Positions 22,773-23,166 of a DNA stretch of 23,166 nt are shown here, in pieces. A program made the translations under genes and the position numbers. Origin of the DNA: a virus (taxonomy: Duplodnaviria; Heunggongvirae; Uroviricota; Caudoviricetes); IMG/VR virus record IMGVR_UViG_3300027908_000001, positions 1 to 23,166 of that record. One strand, 5' to 3'. How positions within the stretch are numbered: position 1 is the first letter of the stretch; the number at the start of each line of letters is the position of its first letter. The notes beneath the pieces are model-generated. The model was not told the origin of the DNA. It did not search any database and saw only the letters and a list, made by a program, of their open reading frames with translations.

Positions 22773-23005
22773 ATTAAAATCGTCCCGGCAGCCGACCCAT
22801 TGCGTTTCGAGGCTGACGCAGGTTCAGCAGCTAATCTGGGCCTATGGAGAAGCGCGATAGCTGGTTGGTGAGATGCCTGCGCCGGTAGGAGGTGGTCAGC
22901 CGCCGGGGTTGATGTAGGAATGCAGGCGGGAGTCGGTATCGGCTCACAGCCGACCAGACACAACAACGATACTACGACCAATTTCCCCCACCCGCTTCCT
23001 TGCAT
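22769..23005 (-). CDS. Possible small Pro-rich lipoprotein
   Basis: Hydrophobic N-terminus ending in lipobox-like LVGC. Confidence 0.45.
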   Translation of the reverse strand: MQGSGWGKLVVVSLLCLVGCEPIPTPACIPTSTPAADHLLPAQASHQPAIALLHRPRLAAEPASASKRNGSAAGTILI

Positions 23006-23013
23006 GGTGGGAT

Positions 23014-23042
23014 GAAATATCAGAAGGGCAGAATCACGTCAA
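23014..23042 (-). promoter_or_regulatory. Sigma70-like promoter, probably leaderless
   Basis: TTGACG-17 nt-TATTTC with TG extension; 8 nt to the ATG at 23005. Confidence 0.5.
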
Positions 23043-23052
23043 CAGAAATCGT

Positions 23053-23166
23053 TCACGAAATCTTTTTTATCGCTTCCTTGATAGCCCACAGATGGGATAC
23101 CGCCGCGCCCGCTTCCGTGCCAGAGTAATCCGTATCAATGGCGTTACCGTCGCTATCCCGCAAGGC
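23053..23166 (-). CDS. 3' end of a gene truncated by the window edge (...AIKEAIKKIS)
   Basis: Open frame from the window edge to the TGA at 23053. Confidence 0.6.
   Translation of the reverse strand, partial: ALRDSDGNAIDTDYSGTEAGAAVSHLWAIKEAIKKIS

Noticed and set aside
42-23005. Numerous plus-strand ORFs in the track (e.g. 1011-1868, 3928-4899, 10376-11329, 19262-20053)
   Set aside because: They are antisense shadows of GC-rich minus-strand genes that carry clear motifs. They have no RBS or motif support.
22512-23005. Spanin or holin lysis cassette
   Set aside because: Lipobox and TM segments are present, but there is no endolysin nearby and the topology does not clearly fit an Rz/Rz1 pair.
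1-23166. CRISPR array, integrase, rRNA or retron reverse transcriptase
   Set aside because: No regularly spaced DNA repeats or diagnostic motifs were seen. The repeated elements are peptide-level with synonymous divergence.

Overview
Fragment of a large, GC-rich tailed-phage genome. All supportable genes lie on the minus strand, many coupled by ATGA-type overlaps, and there are no host housekeeping operons. In transcription order (right to left): (1) small hypothetical and membrane genes plus a ClpC N-terminal-domain fusion lacking any AAA+ ATPase; (2) a 9.6-19 kb block of probable virion/head-associated proteins that share short recurring peptide motifs (hydrophobic-x-K-A/S, HPRxxxG..G(E/R)(F/W), KAKDAxGHGSxKRG, T-I-A/S-E) attached to different domains, including an intein-split ParB/Srx-like domain and a multidomain protein with an HDxxGH domain and a HAD phosphatase; (3) an IS200/IS605-type tnpB-only element with a rearranged RuvC-II; (4) an HTH-like gene, a metallophosphoesterase and an LMW-PTP-like phosphatase; (5) a Prs-like plus NAMPT-like pair resembling NARP1 NAD+ reconstitution; (6) small Cys/His proteins, an HNH homing endonuclease and an unknown 303-aa protein; (7) an ORF-free, hairpin-dense region containing a promoter- and terminator-bounded ~320-nt candidate ncRNA, further structured RNA and tRNA-Ser(CGA). 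The best candidates for an undescribed system are the motif-tagged modular head-cargo locus and the ~320-nt ncRNA. All assignments come from reading motifs by eye; no searches or folding programs were run.
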